Origin: a virus
Strand: one strand, 5' to 3'
DNA length: 64,000 nt
IMG/VR virus record: IMGVR_UViG_3300009008_000026
Span: 1 to 64,000 of that record
Shown here: piece after piece, positions 39,123-49,095 of the stretch
Layout of the letters: every line of letters starts with the position of its first letter
Numbering within the stretch: position 1 is the first letter of the stretch
The notes under the pieces: model-generated
Told to the model about the DNA's origin: nothing
Seen by the model: only the letters and a program-made list of their open reading frames with translations
Databases searched by the model: none
Position numbers and translations under genes: made by a program

Positions 39123-40703
39123 TTGAGTAGCAGAGCATATAACAGTCAACAAGCACTACAGCAGAAGATAATGGATGGAGTTAATACGTTAGCCGATAAC
39201 GTGGCTTCAACACTTGGTCCCCGCGGCCGCAACGTCCTCCTACAAGAACAGGGAAAGAAACCCTTCATTACAAAAGATGGTGTTACTGTCGCAGCATTTG
39301 TTGCACTTGATGATCCCTTTGAAAACGCAGCAGCCCATATAATTAAGCAGGCTGCAGTGCAGACCAACTCGGATGCTGGCGATGGCACCACGACTGCCAC
39401 AGTGCTAGCACGTGCTATTCTGCGAGAAGCCCAAAGATACATTGCATCAGGAATCTCCCCAATAGAACTACAAAGAGGGATTGAAGTAGCAGCCAGAAGT
39501 ATTACAGCCAACCTTAAGAACATGGCAACCCCGATTACTAGCGTCGATGATATCACCCACATCGCAACCATCTCTGCCAACAATGATACTGCAATTGGAG
39601 AGCTTATCGCTCTCGCTGTGGATCGTGTTGGGCAAGATGGCTCTATTACAATAGAGGACTCTCGCTCGCTTGAGACTTCTATCGACATAACGGAAGGGTT
39701 TCGGTTGCCATCGGGGTATTGTGCTAGCGCGTTTGTTACAGATGAGCGCCGCGCCATGATGAAATACGACGAACCTCTCATCTTGGTAACTGACTACAAA
39801 ATCTCAGCAGTGGAGCCTATTCTTCCGTTGCTTGAGCTTGTTGCACGAGAGGGTCGACCGTTGATTGTGGTCGCCGAAGAGGTCGAAGGACAAGCACTGG
39901 CGGCGATGATTATGAATGCGGTGCGAGGCTCTCTCAAGGTTGCAGCGATTAAGGCTCCCTTCTATGGCGAAGAACGCCGCACCACGATGTCAGACTTGGC
40001 ACTCTCGGTGGGTGCTACCTTCGTAACGCGTGAATCAGGAGCCAAGCTCGCAGCAGTCAAACTGTCGGACTTAGGTAGCGCAAGTTCGATTGAGAGCAAT
40101 AAGCATAACACAACCATCATCGGTGGGACAGCAGACTACGAACAAATCGAACACCGCATTGAAAGCCTCAAAGAAGAAATCAAGGCAACAGAGTCGATAC
40201 AGGAAGGAGAGATTCTCCAGCGTCGAATCGTACGCTTGGCGTCTGGGGTTGGAGTTATCCGTGTTGGTGGAGCCACAGAGGTGGAGATGATTGAGAAGAA
40301 GCATCGTATTGAGGACGCCCTTGAAGCAGTTAAATCTGCCCAAGAAGAGGGCACTGTTCTTGGGGGCGGTAGTGCTCTGCTTCGAGCATCAAGAGAACTC
40401 GAACTGTCAGAGCTAGATAATAGTGATCAGGCACTCGGCATTGCAATAGTAAAAGAAGCGTGCAAGGAACCAATCCGGCAGATGGCTCTGAACGCTGGGC
40501 TCTCGCCTGACTTGATTCTTAAGCAAGTTTCTGAGGCAGATGAGACGCAGGGATGGGACTTTCGTCGTAATGAGTTAACAGACCTATATGAGAACGGAGT
40601 GATAGACCCCGTTAAAGTTACTTGTTGTGCACTGCAGAATGCAGCTAGTTGTGCGGGCACACTAATTACTACTAACTTCGGTATCATCCAGACAGGGATT
40701 TAA
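39123..40703 (+). CDS. groEL: Chaperonin GroEL (Cpn60)
   Basis: 'TLGPRGRNV', 'ITKDGVTVA', 'AGDGTTTATVLA', 'VGGATEVE', 'GVIDPVKV'. Confidence 0.95.
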   Translation: MSSRAYNSQQALQQKIMDGVNTLADNVASTLGPRGRNVLLQEQGKKPFITKDGVTVAAFVALDDPFENAAAHIIKQAAVQTNSDAGDGTTTATVLARAILREAQRYIASGISPIELQRGIEVAARSITANLKNMATPITSVDDITHIATISANNDTAIGELIALAVDRVGQDGSITIEDSRSLETSIDITEGFRLPSGYCASAFVTDERRAMMKYDEPLILVTDYKISAVEPILPLLELVAREGRPLIVVAEEVEGQALAAMIMNAVRGSLKVAAIKAPFYGEERRTTMSDLALSVGATFVTRESGAKLAAVKLSDLGSASSIESNKHNTTIIGGTADYEQIEHRIESLKEEIKATESIQEGEILQRRIVRLASGVGVIRVGGATEVEMIEKKHRIEDALEAVKSAQEEGTVLGGGSALLRASRELELSELDNSDQALGIAIVKEACKEPIRQMALNAGLSPDLILKQVSEADETQGWDFRRNELTDLYENGVIDPVKVTCCALQNAASCAGTLITTNFGIIQTGI

Positions 40704-40704
40704 T

Positions 40705-40911
40705 ATGCAAGTTGGGGATTTGTGCCACGTTCCGCAGGGAGTATATCTATATGATAACTTCCGCCTTTTTAGGAAGCGAACTGATATCCCCACCGTTGGA
40801 GTCTATATGGGCGAAGCCGGCTATGAAACACACGCTCTAATCTTCTTAGAGGGGCAGAAGTTCGCCGTTCGAAAAACAAACATTTATAAACTAAAGGACA
40901 AGACATGTTAG
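40705..40911 (+). CDS. Small SH3/KOW-like protein (GDLV family)
   Basis: 'MQVGDLCHV...VGVY'. Confidence 0.6.
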   Translation: MQVGDLCHVPQGVYLYDNFRLFRKRTDIPTVGVYMGEAGYETHALIFLEGQKFAVRKTNIYKLKDKTC

Positions 40912-41195
40912 TAAAACTTACAGAAGTCGTCAACAATGGCGCAGTCACAACTGGGGTGAAGTACACTCTAAGAGAAGTGATGATTAATCCCGAACACGTA
41001 ATCATGATTCGGGAAGATCATCGAATGAGTGTTCTAAATGAACAAGGGGCGATAGCAGACGGTCTAAGCGACGAACACACATTTTCCAAGCTCACGATTA
41101 ATAGGGGCCACAGCGGCAGCGATATCATTGTCATCGGCTCTCCTGCGATTGTTGAGAAGCAGCTTAATAAAACTCCTACGCTTTTAAGGGGATAA
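40905..41195 (+). CDS. FlbD-like small beta protein
   Basis: 'MLVKLTE...INPEHVIMIRE...IIVIGSPAIVEKQL'. Confidence 0.45.
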   Translation: MLVKLTEVVNNGAVTTGVKYTLREVMINPEHVIMIREDHRMSVLNEQGAIADGLSDEHTFSKLTINRGHSGSDIIVIGSPAIVEKQLNKTPTLLRG

Positions 41196-41196
41196 C

Positions 41197-41556
41197 GTGG
41201 GACAACGTGTAACAATACAATATTCGATAGACATTGATAACCTGCCGAACGAGGTCAAGCGCCTCGTGGATCGGGTCGACCACGAAATTAGTACCCTGCA
41301 AGGTGTCAAGTGGTCCGCTGATCCGTTCACTCCAACTACGGGAGAACTAATCGCAGAAACAAGAGAGTCCTTGTCTGCAATCGATCATATGTTACAAGAC
41401 ATTGATGTGATCATAGCGGGCTATTTACAGTATAAGGCGGGAACACGCGCAGCAGCAGAGCAAGCACCAGAGACGCTCCCTGCTGACGAGATTCAAGAAA
41501 GATTGTCGGAATTCCGCGCGAAGATGGGGCAGATCGATAATGAAGTCACCGATTAG
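41197..41556 (+). CDS. Hypothetical coiled-coil protein
   Basis: ORF with RBS AGGGG. Confidence 0.65.
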   Translation: MGQRVTIQYSIDIDNLPNEVKRLVDRVDHEISTLQGVKWSADPFTPTTGELIAETRESLSAIDHMLQDIDVIIAGYLQYKAGTRAAAEQAPETLPADEIQERLSEFRAKMGQIDNEVTD

Positions 41557-42304
41557 AGAGGCGATCAATAACTTTAAAGCCCTGTCTACTCTTCGCAAGA
41601 TGATTCCACGTGGAAGTGTGATTCACTCATTTGCATTGTTTGACGGAGGGCTGGAAGTTGGGTTAGCGCATGATGACCGATTCGTGGTCGCACACACCAC
41701 CAAATATCCAGTGTATGAGTTTTGGTCATGTGCCTTAAAAGATCCTGTGCGCATCGCAACTCTGTCGAACTTTCTACACCCCGTAGAAGAGAATACCCAC
41801 AAGGTACTGCAGGAAAATTGGGCAAGATATCAAGACCCATACCTGCGAGCGGCACTATTCTTCTTATTAAACCAATGTTCAGACTCTGGGTTGATCTCGT
41901 CGGGGGTTCTAGACAATGATAAATATAACTCCTTCGCTGTATCTCGCTTAACCAACTTTAAATCATCAAATATTCATATAGAGTTTGATAATGATAGTAC
42001 ATTATCCGAAGCAATTCAAGGAGCAAGCAACGGGGACGTAGATTACCTCCTTGTTCCCGCTGGGAACTATAGCTATGGGTTTCTACATCACGGAAAGATA
42101 CAAAGCTATGAGACAACTCCCATAAATCACAAAGAACTGTTCGCTACGATGAAGGCGATACAACACAAGTGGGTTCTTGTCTACAACTTCCATAAAGAAG
42201 TTAGAGATATCTATAAAGAGTTTAAACAAACGATGATTGATAAGTATGGGAACCCTACGCTTAACGAAGAATCTTGCAAGGAGCTTATAATTGCCAACTT
42301 CTAG
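41540..42304 (+). CDS. Degenerate Dam-like methyltransferase homologue
   Basis: 'VYEFW', 'RAALFFLLN', 'HKELF', 'KWVLVYN...VRDIYK', 'ELIIANF' mirror the Dam at 10146; DPPY absent. Confidence 0.65.
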   Translation: MKSPIREAINNFKALSTLRKMIPRGSVIHSFALFDGGLEVGLAHDDRFVVAHTTKYPVYEFWSCALKDPVRIATLSNFLHPVEENTHKVLQENWARYQDPYLRAALFFLLNQCSDSGLISSGVLDNDKYNSFAVSRLTNFKSSNIHIEFDNDSTLSEAIQGASNGDVDYLLVPAGNYSYGFLHHGKIQSYETTPINHKELFATMKAIQHKWVLVYNFHKEVRDIYKEFKQTMIDKYGNPTLNEESCKELIIANF

Positions 42305-42641
42305 TGTAATCGCAGGCTTCGGACTGTTCGTGATGGGGCACATCTTGGCATGGTTTCAGCTAAACTCGCAGTTTGTGTGGGAATGGTGGGAGAAACACCC
42401 CGTCTTCACAGTGGCGCTATACGCCATTCCTACGGGGCTTTGCTTCTTGATGGGGTCTAAGCTCATTGTGGATGCTACGGGCGCCCTGTGGACGTCTAGG
42501 TTCCTCGCATTCTCTGCCTCCTATCTTGCGTTCCCGCTGCTTACGTGGTATTTCATGGGCGAGACTATGCTAACAACCAAGACAATGGTCTGCGTGCTTC
42601 TCTCTTGCATGATTGTAGCGGTCCAACTCTTTTGGAAGTAA
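42291..42641 (+). CDS. Small 4-TM membrane protein (DMT/SMR-like)
   Basis: Four hydrophobic helices; 'FPLLTWYFMGE' resembles EamA/SMR loops. Confidence 0.6.
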   Translation: MPTSSVIAGFGLFVMGHILAWFQLNSQFVWEWWEKHPVFTVALYAIPTGLCFLMGSKLIVDATGALWTSRFLAFSASYLAFPLLTWYFMGETMLTTKTMVCVLLSCMIVAVQLFWK

Positions 42642-42654
42642 TGTAAAATAACCA

Positions 42655-42663
42655 ACTATTTAT
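42655..42663 (+). promoter_or_regulatory. Putative late-promoter motif ACTATTTAT
   Basis: Intergenic, upstream of 42679. Confidence 0.5.
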
Positions 42664-42678
42664 TGTATTGGAGGAAAT

Positions 42679-45600
42679 TTGATGAGTTATTCGACCGACA
42701 AGTGGTTTCGCTATCTACACGAAGGTGAGAAGCCGCAAGAGAAGAGAAAGGCTTCCACTGCGCCTAGTCCCCCCCGCCAGACTCAGCCATACTTTGATCA
42801 GGAGATTGAAGAGTCGACTAACAGAATGAACATGTTTCTGAGTCAGGTTGATCTCCTCAATGAGATCTCGCCCCAAGAAGCAGATAATGTTATGAACTGG
42901 TTCGGTGATGATTACGACATGCTTTCGTTTGACGATCTGTTTAAGGGTAAGCTACGCAGAGCGATACCACTGCAGTCCGAGGACGCAAAGAAGCTACTGG
43001 AAGTGGTTAACCGCCTCAAGAGCGAAGGTTGGAAAGTTGGTGTCGAGGTTCCATGGGACGGAGGAACACACAATTCAGGAAAGTTCCCAGTAAAGACTGT
43101 CAAGCAGAAAGAACGCCGCAGAGTAGGAGAGCTACCAGCAGGCTTTGGCGAAGTCGACCCAGAGACAAACCCCGATCCGCGACCCGTTGAGGAGTATGAG
43201 GTTGACACGGAGGTTGCCGACTTGCGCCTCACGAAGACTCGCACCATCACAATCCCCAAGGGGCCAAGGGCAGGCGAGACTGTTGAGAAGAAAGACGAGA
43301 CAACAATGTCTCGCGCGATCCTCAAGAATAAAAACATGCCAATAGAACTGCAGGATTGGTGGAGAAAGAAACAGGTCTACTATACTAAAGAAGACCAATG
43401 GAAACAGATCGAGCGATTCTTTAAGGAAGATGTTGACAAAGATGATTTAGGGATGATGGCAATCTTGTCTCGCCATCCTCTCGATGTTCTCCGCATGAGC
43501 GACATTGACAAAATCAGGTCTTGCCACAGTGAGGGAGCTTCGGAGTTTCATTGTGCTATAGCCGAAAGTCGAGGACATGGACCGATTGCTTATCTTGTGT
43601 CCCCACAGCAGTATGAGAAGCTTATGAGCGGAGATCTTGGAGTAGATCCTAGCGTAATAGAAGACATGGAGTTTAGGAAGAGCCTTATAGATACACTCGT
43701 AAAAGCTGAAGGGGCTAGCGTTCGGTGGACCTTTGAGCCTCCCGACGACATCAAACCCTTTTTAAATGATAACGGAGTCTTCTCTGGGAAACGATACGCG
43801 AGCGAGTATTTCATTCCGAAGTACGAAAAGAAGCTCGGAGATCAAAACCTAACACCAGAGAATGTATCAGCCGCCCTTGCCGTAATCTTCCGAGCCTCTA
43901 ACCCCTCCGAGCGTCAAGAGATGATGCCGCGATTTGGTTATAGCTATTTAACCTCTAAAGAACAGGCTGACGATTGGCGCTTTAGAATAACCATGGTGGA
44001 TAGGCTGACTCATAGCGAAAAGTTTGACCAGTATGGCGAGAAAGACTTTGATAATAAGTGGTCGCAAGCCGCACTTGACGGCGGAGAAATAGACTACGAA
44101 GAATACGCCAAAGAACACTTCATTCCAAAATACTCACACAGTCTGGGGAACATCTCTGGGTTTGGCCCAGAGTGGCTTACCGTGAAGAATGTCGCTGCAG
44201 CAGCCGAGGCAGTCCATCGACAGAGAGACACTTCAGCCTCGCCAGAACGTGCGATGGATAAGTACGGCTATAAGAGTCCACCCACTCAACCCGTAGGACT
44301 AGAGGCTGAATACGCAGACTACGAACGAAAGAAGAAAGAGTGGGATCAGAAAGAAGAAGCCACCACTTGGTTGAAACAGTATTATGAGAAGTTTCCCAAG
44401 GTCGCAGCCCGCATCGCATCCAGCAACAGGGCAAAGAAGCACGATGATGTTGATCAGGTGATTGATGGCATTCAGGATAGTGACAGTAGCGCCTTCACAT
44501 CGTTGCCCACATCTGTTCGCAAGCATCTGAATGACGAATGGTTCATCCGAGCAGCGACAGCAGCAGTTAATAAAGACAACTTCAGTCTCAACGGTTTAAA
44601 TCTGCAGCCGCCTCAACCGCCGAAAGCGCCAGAAAAGAAGAAGATTACAGACATTTCCGACTTCGATGATCAAGAGATCTTCAGGGATAAACATCGTGGT
44701 ATTGAGGGCATCGGCGCAAGAGCCCGCGTACGATTGCGTAAGTTTGTTGATGATGAAGAGGACATAGAGTTCGCAGTCCCAGAGCAACGCCTCTATGGTT
44801 TAAGTGTTCCTGGGTTTCTTGAGGCCGTACGTAAATGGACTTGGGATGAACAGAAAAACTTGTTCACAGGACCAAATGGAGAGGTCACCATCCCAAATTG
44901 GAACGCGCTTACTCGCCATGGTGGTAGCTACGAAGACTATAGGGACGGGACAATACTTAATAACTTCTTCGCCGAAGGCGGATTCCCTGATGAGTATAGA
45001 GATGGCGTCAACGTATCTCACGATTATGACGAAGCTGAATACGAAAATCGACAGGAAGAGATTTTTCAAGAGGCTGTTGACGAGGTTGAGAACATAGTCA
45101 GGGCGTGGAATGGGAACTTTGAAGCCTGTAGTCTAGACGCAGAAGTAGAGGAGTTTAACGACTATGACGATCAGAACATGGCGCCGTCTGTATCGGCTTG
45201 GGGCTCATGCCGCATAGCTGTTAGACTACCGAATGCAGTATCGGTCAAGGAAGAGAGCCAAGCAGACCTAGGAGACAGCAGTGTCCCCTACTTTGTCGTT
45301 CGATTCGAAGAGGATTACTTTGAAGACGGCACAGCATCCACAGTCTTCCCAGTATCCTATCACCACAAGTCACCCGGCTCACGCGAAATAGCGGACATGC
45401 TCGCTCGCGATGAAGGAGAAGAAGAGATCTCATGGGATTTAACAATGGATCACGCGTCCGGCGAAGTCTATTTCAATGTTGAATACAGTATACCAGCGGA
45501 TTACGATTATGGCAATGGCCCTGATGTGGCGGAAAATCTAGGTCAATGGCTTCATGACGAATGGGACTCCAAGATCGACGAAATACATGAACAGATTCGC

Positions 45601-47709
45601 AAGGGACTCGTTGAGTTAGAATACCTTGCGCCATCACATTTTGATAAGAAGGCTGAAGACGAGGACCACGAAAAGTGGGCAGAAGAACTGCGCTATTTCC
45701 GCTATCAGGGCCCCGACGATGACGGAGAGATGTGGTTCACACTCTTCCACGATTCGGGAACCGAGCGCTTCCAGACAACGGACGTTATCGTGCCCTTTGG
45801 CTTGGTCGCGACACGTGGTCAGACACAGATGGCTGCCACTGATGTTGTTGCCATAATTGGCGGCACCGTCGACCGTGATAGTGCCAGAACGCAACACGTA
45901 AAACACACAGGACAAGCCAAGAGAGCTTTGGCAGCCGAACTTCGCAGGCTCGAAGCAGAAGCAAACGCTTATGTTGCCCGCCAAATGAACTTTGACTTCG
46001 GAGATCCTAAATACGACAAACCTGAAGATGCGTTTGGAATCGACCTGGCGAAAACAGTGTTCTTTTCGACCTATCTCGTTGAGAACGACAGTCTGTTATC
46101 TCCCGAACAGCGCGCTCGATTAAAGAGCGACAAAGATCGCTACCTTGGCTTTGGTATGAGGATTACTGTCAAATCAGTTGACACAGAAAAAGAAATCGAG
46201 GGTGCTTTTAAGTTTGTTGAGTACATCGACAAGAACATGGATAGAGTAAAGCTAGCCTTTGAGACAATTTACAAGGAATCCATCGAAGAGTACGAGGAAC
46301 AGCGAAAGAAAGTCCTGCAAGCACGCTCGTCCAGAGGCACGATGAGCCAATACATTAACGCCCTCGACACTTACATTCGCAACGTAGGGCCCCCAGAATG
46401 GGACTCCAGAAACCACCACCGCTGGATCCAACGCCTAGCTTCGGCTATGGCGTTTGTTGAGTGGACAGATGATGCGTTCGATCACATGCGCGCATACGAA
46501 AAGCGCGCTTGGATAGAAAACTACCTAAGACCCCTTCAAGCCGGCAACGAAATGGCGTACGAGTTCGAGCCAGATCGTGAAGCGGGCACACCCCGAAACT
46601 TTGGGGAAGCGGCAAGGGCACAGCTAGCAGAAATGGGAGCATCACACAACCAAATAAACTCTTACACATGGGAGGGTCCAAAAACATACCCAGAGATTTA
46701 TGACAAGATAGTAAATCCCGCCCAGAAACCAGAAATAGAAGCACCCTCACCCGATGAGGTTGCACAAGCGAGGTCAATTATGGCACAAGGCGACAGAACA
46801 GATCCAGACGCACAACTTGAAGAACAGATCATGAGAGTTCAAAAGCTCACTGAGAAGAAAAGAGATCCATCCCACGACCTTCGCATCTATCGTATGCAGC
46901 TTAGTTGCGGTGTTGTTGATGGTGTCGGTGGAACAGATGCAGAGATCATGGCAGAAATGAGAGGGATCGAAGCGGTGACTACCGTCCGTCCCATTGCTGA
47001 TTCCAAACGACGTATTACCCCAACAGAGATGTTTACCATTTTTGAGGTGAAGTTCGAGCTTCTCGGCTCACAAAGTCGTGTTGATTACCGCGATCAGGTT
47101 TTGCTGCCAGCGGTTAGAAAGATCGCAGGGATTCAGGTTATTAACTGGTCGGCAATCCACAGGACTAACACGCAGGGAACCGTGCGAACTGTGCGCGAAG
47201 CCCTCGAAAAACTACATGAACAAGGCTTTGGTGCAAGCATGGGGTCTACAGTCGGTGGTAAAACTGGGTGGGCAGGCGATATTAGGTTCCCCAACACTCC
47301 ACCACGACCAACACCAACTCCCACACTCGATAGCATTAAAGATGACTGGGTGGATGGCGGTGTACAAGTTTATGATATGCCGACAAACACTAACGAAATG
47401 CAGTATCACACCATGATGCCTGTGAGCGAGTTGTGGCATCATTGCTCGCGTTACAGCAGGCACCCGCACGAGGTGTTCGATGTTAAACAAAGGCGCTTCG
47501 ACAGTGTTTATCAAAGACTAAAAGATAAGCTAGAAGACCCGACAGCCTACCAAGACTTCATTCAGAACGGAGCCAATGGGCCCGTTTATTTGGCTATAGG
47601 AAAAAATGGTAGAATTAAAATTACAGGGAATGAAGATTTAGTTTGGTTTGCTAAAAAAGCCGGACTCGAAGAGGTGCCAGTGTTCATTAGTTATCAAAGA
47701 CAGGTGTAG
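42679..47709 (+). CDS. Giant multidomain putative virion protein (1676 aa)
   Basis: 'DKWFRYLHE' leader, internal duplication, degenerate ParB-like C-terminus. Confidence 0.6.
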   Translation: MMSYSTDKWFRYLHEGEKPQEKRKASTAPSPPRQTQPYFDQEIEESTNRMNMFLSQVDLLNEISPQEADNVMNWFGDDYDMLSFDDLFKGKLRRAIPLQSEDAKKLLEVVNRLKSEGWKVGVEVPWDGGTHNSGKFPVKTVKQKERRRVGELPAGFGEVDPETNPDPRPVEEYEVDTEVADLRLTKTRTITIPKGPRAGETVEKKDETTMSRAILKNKNMPIELQDWWRKKQVYYTKEDQWKQIERFFKEDVDKDDLGMMAILSRHPLDVLRMSDIDKIRSCHSEGASEFHCAIAESRGHGPIAYLVSPQQYEKLMSGDLGVDPSVIEDMEFRKSLIDTLVKAEGASVRWTFEPPDDIKPFLNDNGVFSGKRYASEYFIPKYEKKLGDQNLTPENVSAALAVIFRASNPSERQEMMPRFGYSYLTSKEQADDWRFRITMVDRLTHSEKFDQYGEKDFDNKWSQAALDGGEIDYEEYAKEHFIPKYSHSLGNISGFGPEWLTVKNVAAAAEAVHRQRDTSASPERAMDKYGYKSPPTQPVGLEAEYADYERKKKEWDQKEEATTWLKQYYEKFPKVAARIASSNRAKKHDDVDQVIDGIQDSDSSAFTSLPTSVRKHLNDEWFIRAATAAVNKDNFSLNGLNLQPPQPPKAPEKKKITDISDFDDQEIFRDKHRGIEGIGARARVRLRKFVDDEEDIEFAVPEQRLYGLSVPGFLEAVRKWTWDEQKNLFTGPNGEVTIPNWNALTRHGGSYEDYRDGTILNNFFAEGGFPDEYRDGVNVSHDYDEAEYENRQEEIFQEAVDEVENIVRAWNGNFEACSLDAEVEEFNDYDDQNMAPSVSAWGSCRIAVRLPNAVSVKEESQADLGDSSVPYFVVRFEEDYFEDGTASTVFPVSYHHKSPGSREIADMLARDEGEEEISWDLTMDHASGEVYFNVEYSIPADYDYGNGPDVAENLGQWLHDEWDSKIDEIHEQIRKGLVELEYLAPSHFDKKAEDEDHEKWAEELRYFRYQGPDDDGEMWFTLFHDSGTERFQTTDVIVPFGLVATRGQTQMAATDVVAIIGGTVDRDSARTQHVKHTGQAKRALAAELRRLEAEANAYVARQMNFDFGDPKYDKPEDAFGIDLAKTVFFSTYLVENDSLLSPEQRARLKSDKDRYLGFGMRITVKSVDTEKEIEGAFKFVEYIDKNMDRVKLAFETIYKESIEEYEEQRKKVLQARSSRGTMSQYINALDTYIRNVGPPEWDSRNHHRWIQRLASAMAFVEWTDDAFDHMRAYEKRAWIENYLRPLQAGNEMAYEFEPDREAGTPRNFGEAARAQLAEMGASHNQINSYTWEGPKTYPEIYDKIVNPAQKPEIEAPSPDEVAQARSIMAQGDRTDPDAQLEEQIMRVQKLTEKKRDPSHDLRIYRMQLSCGVVDGVGGTDAEIMAEMRGIEAVTTVRPIADSKRRITPTEMFTIFEVKFELLGSQSRVDYRDQVLLPAVRKIAGIQVINWSAIHRTNTQGTVRTVREALEKLHEQGFGASMGSTVGGKTGWAGDIRFPNTPPRPTPTPTLDSIKDDWVDGGVQVYDMPTNTNEMQYHTMMPVSELWHHCSRYSRHPHEVFDVKQRRFDSVYQRLKDKLEDPTAYQDFIQNGANGPVYLAIGKNGRIKITGNEDLVWFAKKAGLEEVPVFISYQRQV

Positions 47710-47712
47710 GGC

Positions 47713-48492
47713 ATGCTACGTACGACATTAAAAAACATAATCGCCGGACTTTTAGGAGGACTCCTGATTGTCGGTACTGTGTATATGTCTTACAAGAGTT
47801 CAGAAAAGTCACTACAACCGCCGTCAGAAGGAGAGATAACAGCAATAGATAACGTAGGCACAGGCTTATCGGATGATGAGCGCGCCACCGTCGTATTATC
47901 TCGTGCGAGCGCTGTTCAAGTTATGTCACTGAAAGTGGCAACTGGGAGAATCGCCGCATCATCTGGCACATATGTGGAGTATGGTGGGAAATACTTTGTC
48001 CTCACCACTGCTCACGGTGTGGGAGGGCAGTGCTCAGCCACACATATTGCGGTTGATCGAGAGCTATATGACTGCGTAGCGATTACATTTAAAAACATTG
48101 TCGATGATTGGGCAGTTATTCAAGTTGATCCTCTTCCCAATCGCACTCCCGTCCGTATTCCCGATCAGATTCCTCGACCTCAAGAACTACAGGCTGACTT
48201 TGCAACACAAAATACAACCTACTACACGGGATACCCCAATCATGGAGGACCATATACCTTTGACGGTAGAATTGTAGCCTACAGCGAACGCGAGGGAATC
48301 TTTATTGACTCCTACGGCTGGTCCGGCTCTTCTGGATCGGGAGTTTTCTCAGCTAGCGGAAACCTCATTGGGATCGTTATGGGGCTGGAGATCGGGGAAA
48401 CAAACTTTGGGACTGCAGTTTTAGAAAATTTCATATGGGTAATCCCTATAACACGTGTCAACTGGACAGTTGTTGGCATTTTCGCGGAGTAA
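47713..48492 (+). CDS. Membrane-anchored trypsin-like serine protease
   Basis: 'LTTAHG', 'DWAVI', 'GSSGSGVF'; N-terminal TM. Confidence 0.85.
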   Translation: MLRTTLKNIIAGLLGGLLIVGTVYMSYKSSEKSLQPPSEGEITAIDNVGTGLSDDERATVVLSRASAVQVMSLKVATGRIAASSGTYVEYGGKYFVLTTAHGVGGQCSATHIAVDRELYDCVAITFKNIVDDWAVIQVDPLPNRTPVRIPDQIPRPQELQADFATQNTTYYTGYPNHGGPYTFDGRIVAYSEREGIFIDSYGWSGSSGSGVFSASGNLIGIVMGLEIGETNFGTAVLENFIWVIPITRVNWTVVGIFAE

Positions 48493-48499
48493 TATTAGA

Positions 48500-48742
48500 A
48501 TGGTCGATAAAAACGATAAACCTGATCGTTATCTTGGTATTTTTAACAAGATCGATCACATAGAGAGAAGGATAGTGGAGATAAAAGAGCACATAGCTCA
48601 GATTAGATCCGCTCATTCGAACATCACTGAAGAGGAGGAGATGTGTCTTGATGAGCTAGAATCTGAAAAAGCCCTCCTTGAAATGGTGAACGTGGTAGCG
48701 ATTGATACGATTGCAGATACTGAGCCACACGGAAGCGCATAG
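48500..48742 (+). CDS. Hypothetical coiled-coil protein
   Basis: In-frame ATG 48500; ends 'EPHGSA'. Confidence 0.55.
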   Translation: MVDKNDKPDRYLGIFNKIDHIERRIVEIKEHIAQIRSAHSNITEEEEMCLDELESEKALLEMVNVVAIDTIADTEPHGSA

Positions 48743-49095
48743 TGGTAGACAACGAGACAACGAGCGCGCCCCAGCAAACGGAACCAGAAGACTTGAAGCC
48801 CAAGAAGCCCAGCAACAGGGCTCCTGAAGGCATTAGGACATTTACGGTATGCCGTCGCAACGACGAGACAGGTATTAGTGGAGAGGGAGTAGTCATCGAG
48901 GGTGCGACTTTCGCGACAGGGCATACAATAATCCACTGGCTAACACCAGCGCCGCGCGGCTCGATTGCATTCTTTGATGCTTTTGATGATTTTATTAAGA
49001 TACATGTAACCTCACATCCAAAAAATGGAACAATCATCACGTTTGAAGACGGCGAACAAACTATTTATGATGGAGAGAAGATAGATGAGCTATAA
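48742..49095 (+). CDS. Phage hypothetical protein
   Basis: 'F.V.R..DETGISGEGVVIEG..F..G...IHWL' resembles a common phage family. Confidence 0.7.
   Translation: MVDNETTSAPQQTEPEDLKPKKPSNRAPEGIRTFTVCRRNDETGISGEGVVIEGATFATGHTIIHWLTPAPRGSIAFFDAFDDFIKIHVTSHPKNGTIITFEDGEQTIYDGEKIDEL
49060..49068 (+). promoter_or_regulatory. Putative late-promoter motif ACTATTTAT
   Basis: 16 nt before the ATG at 49085. Confidence 0.45.
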
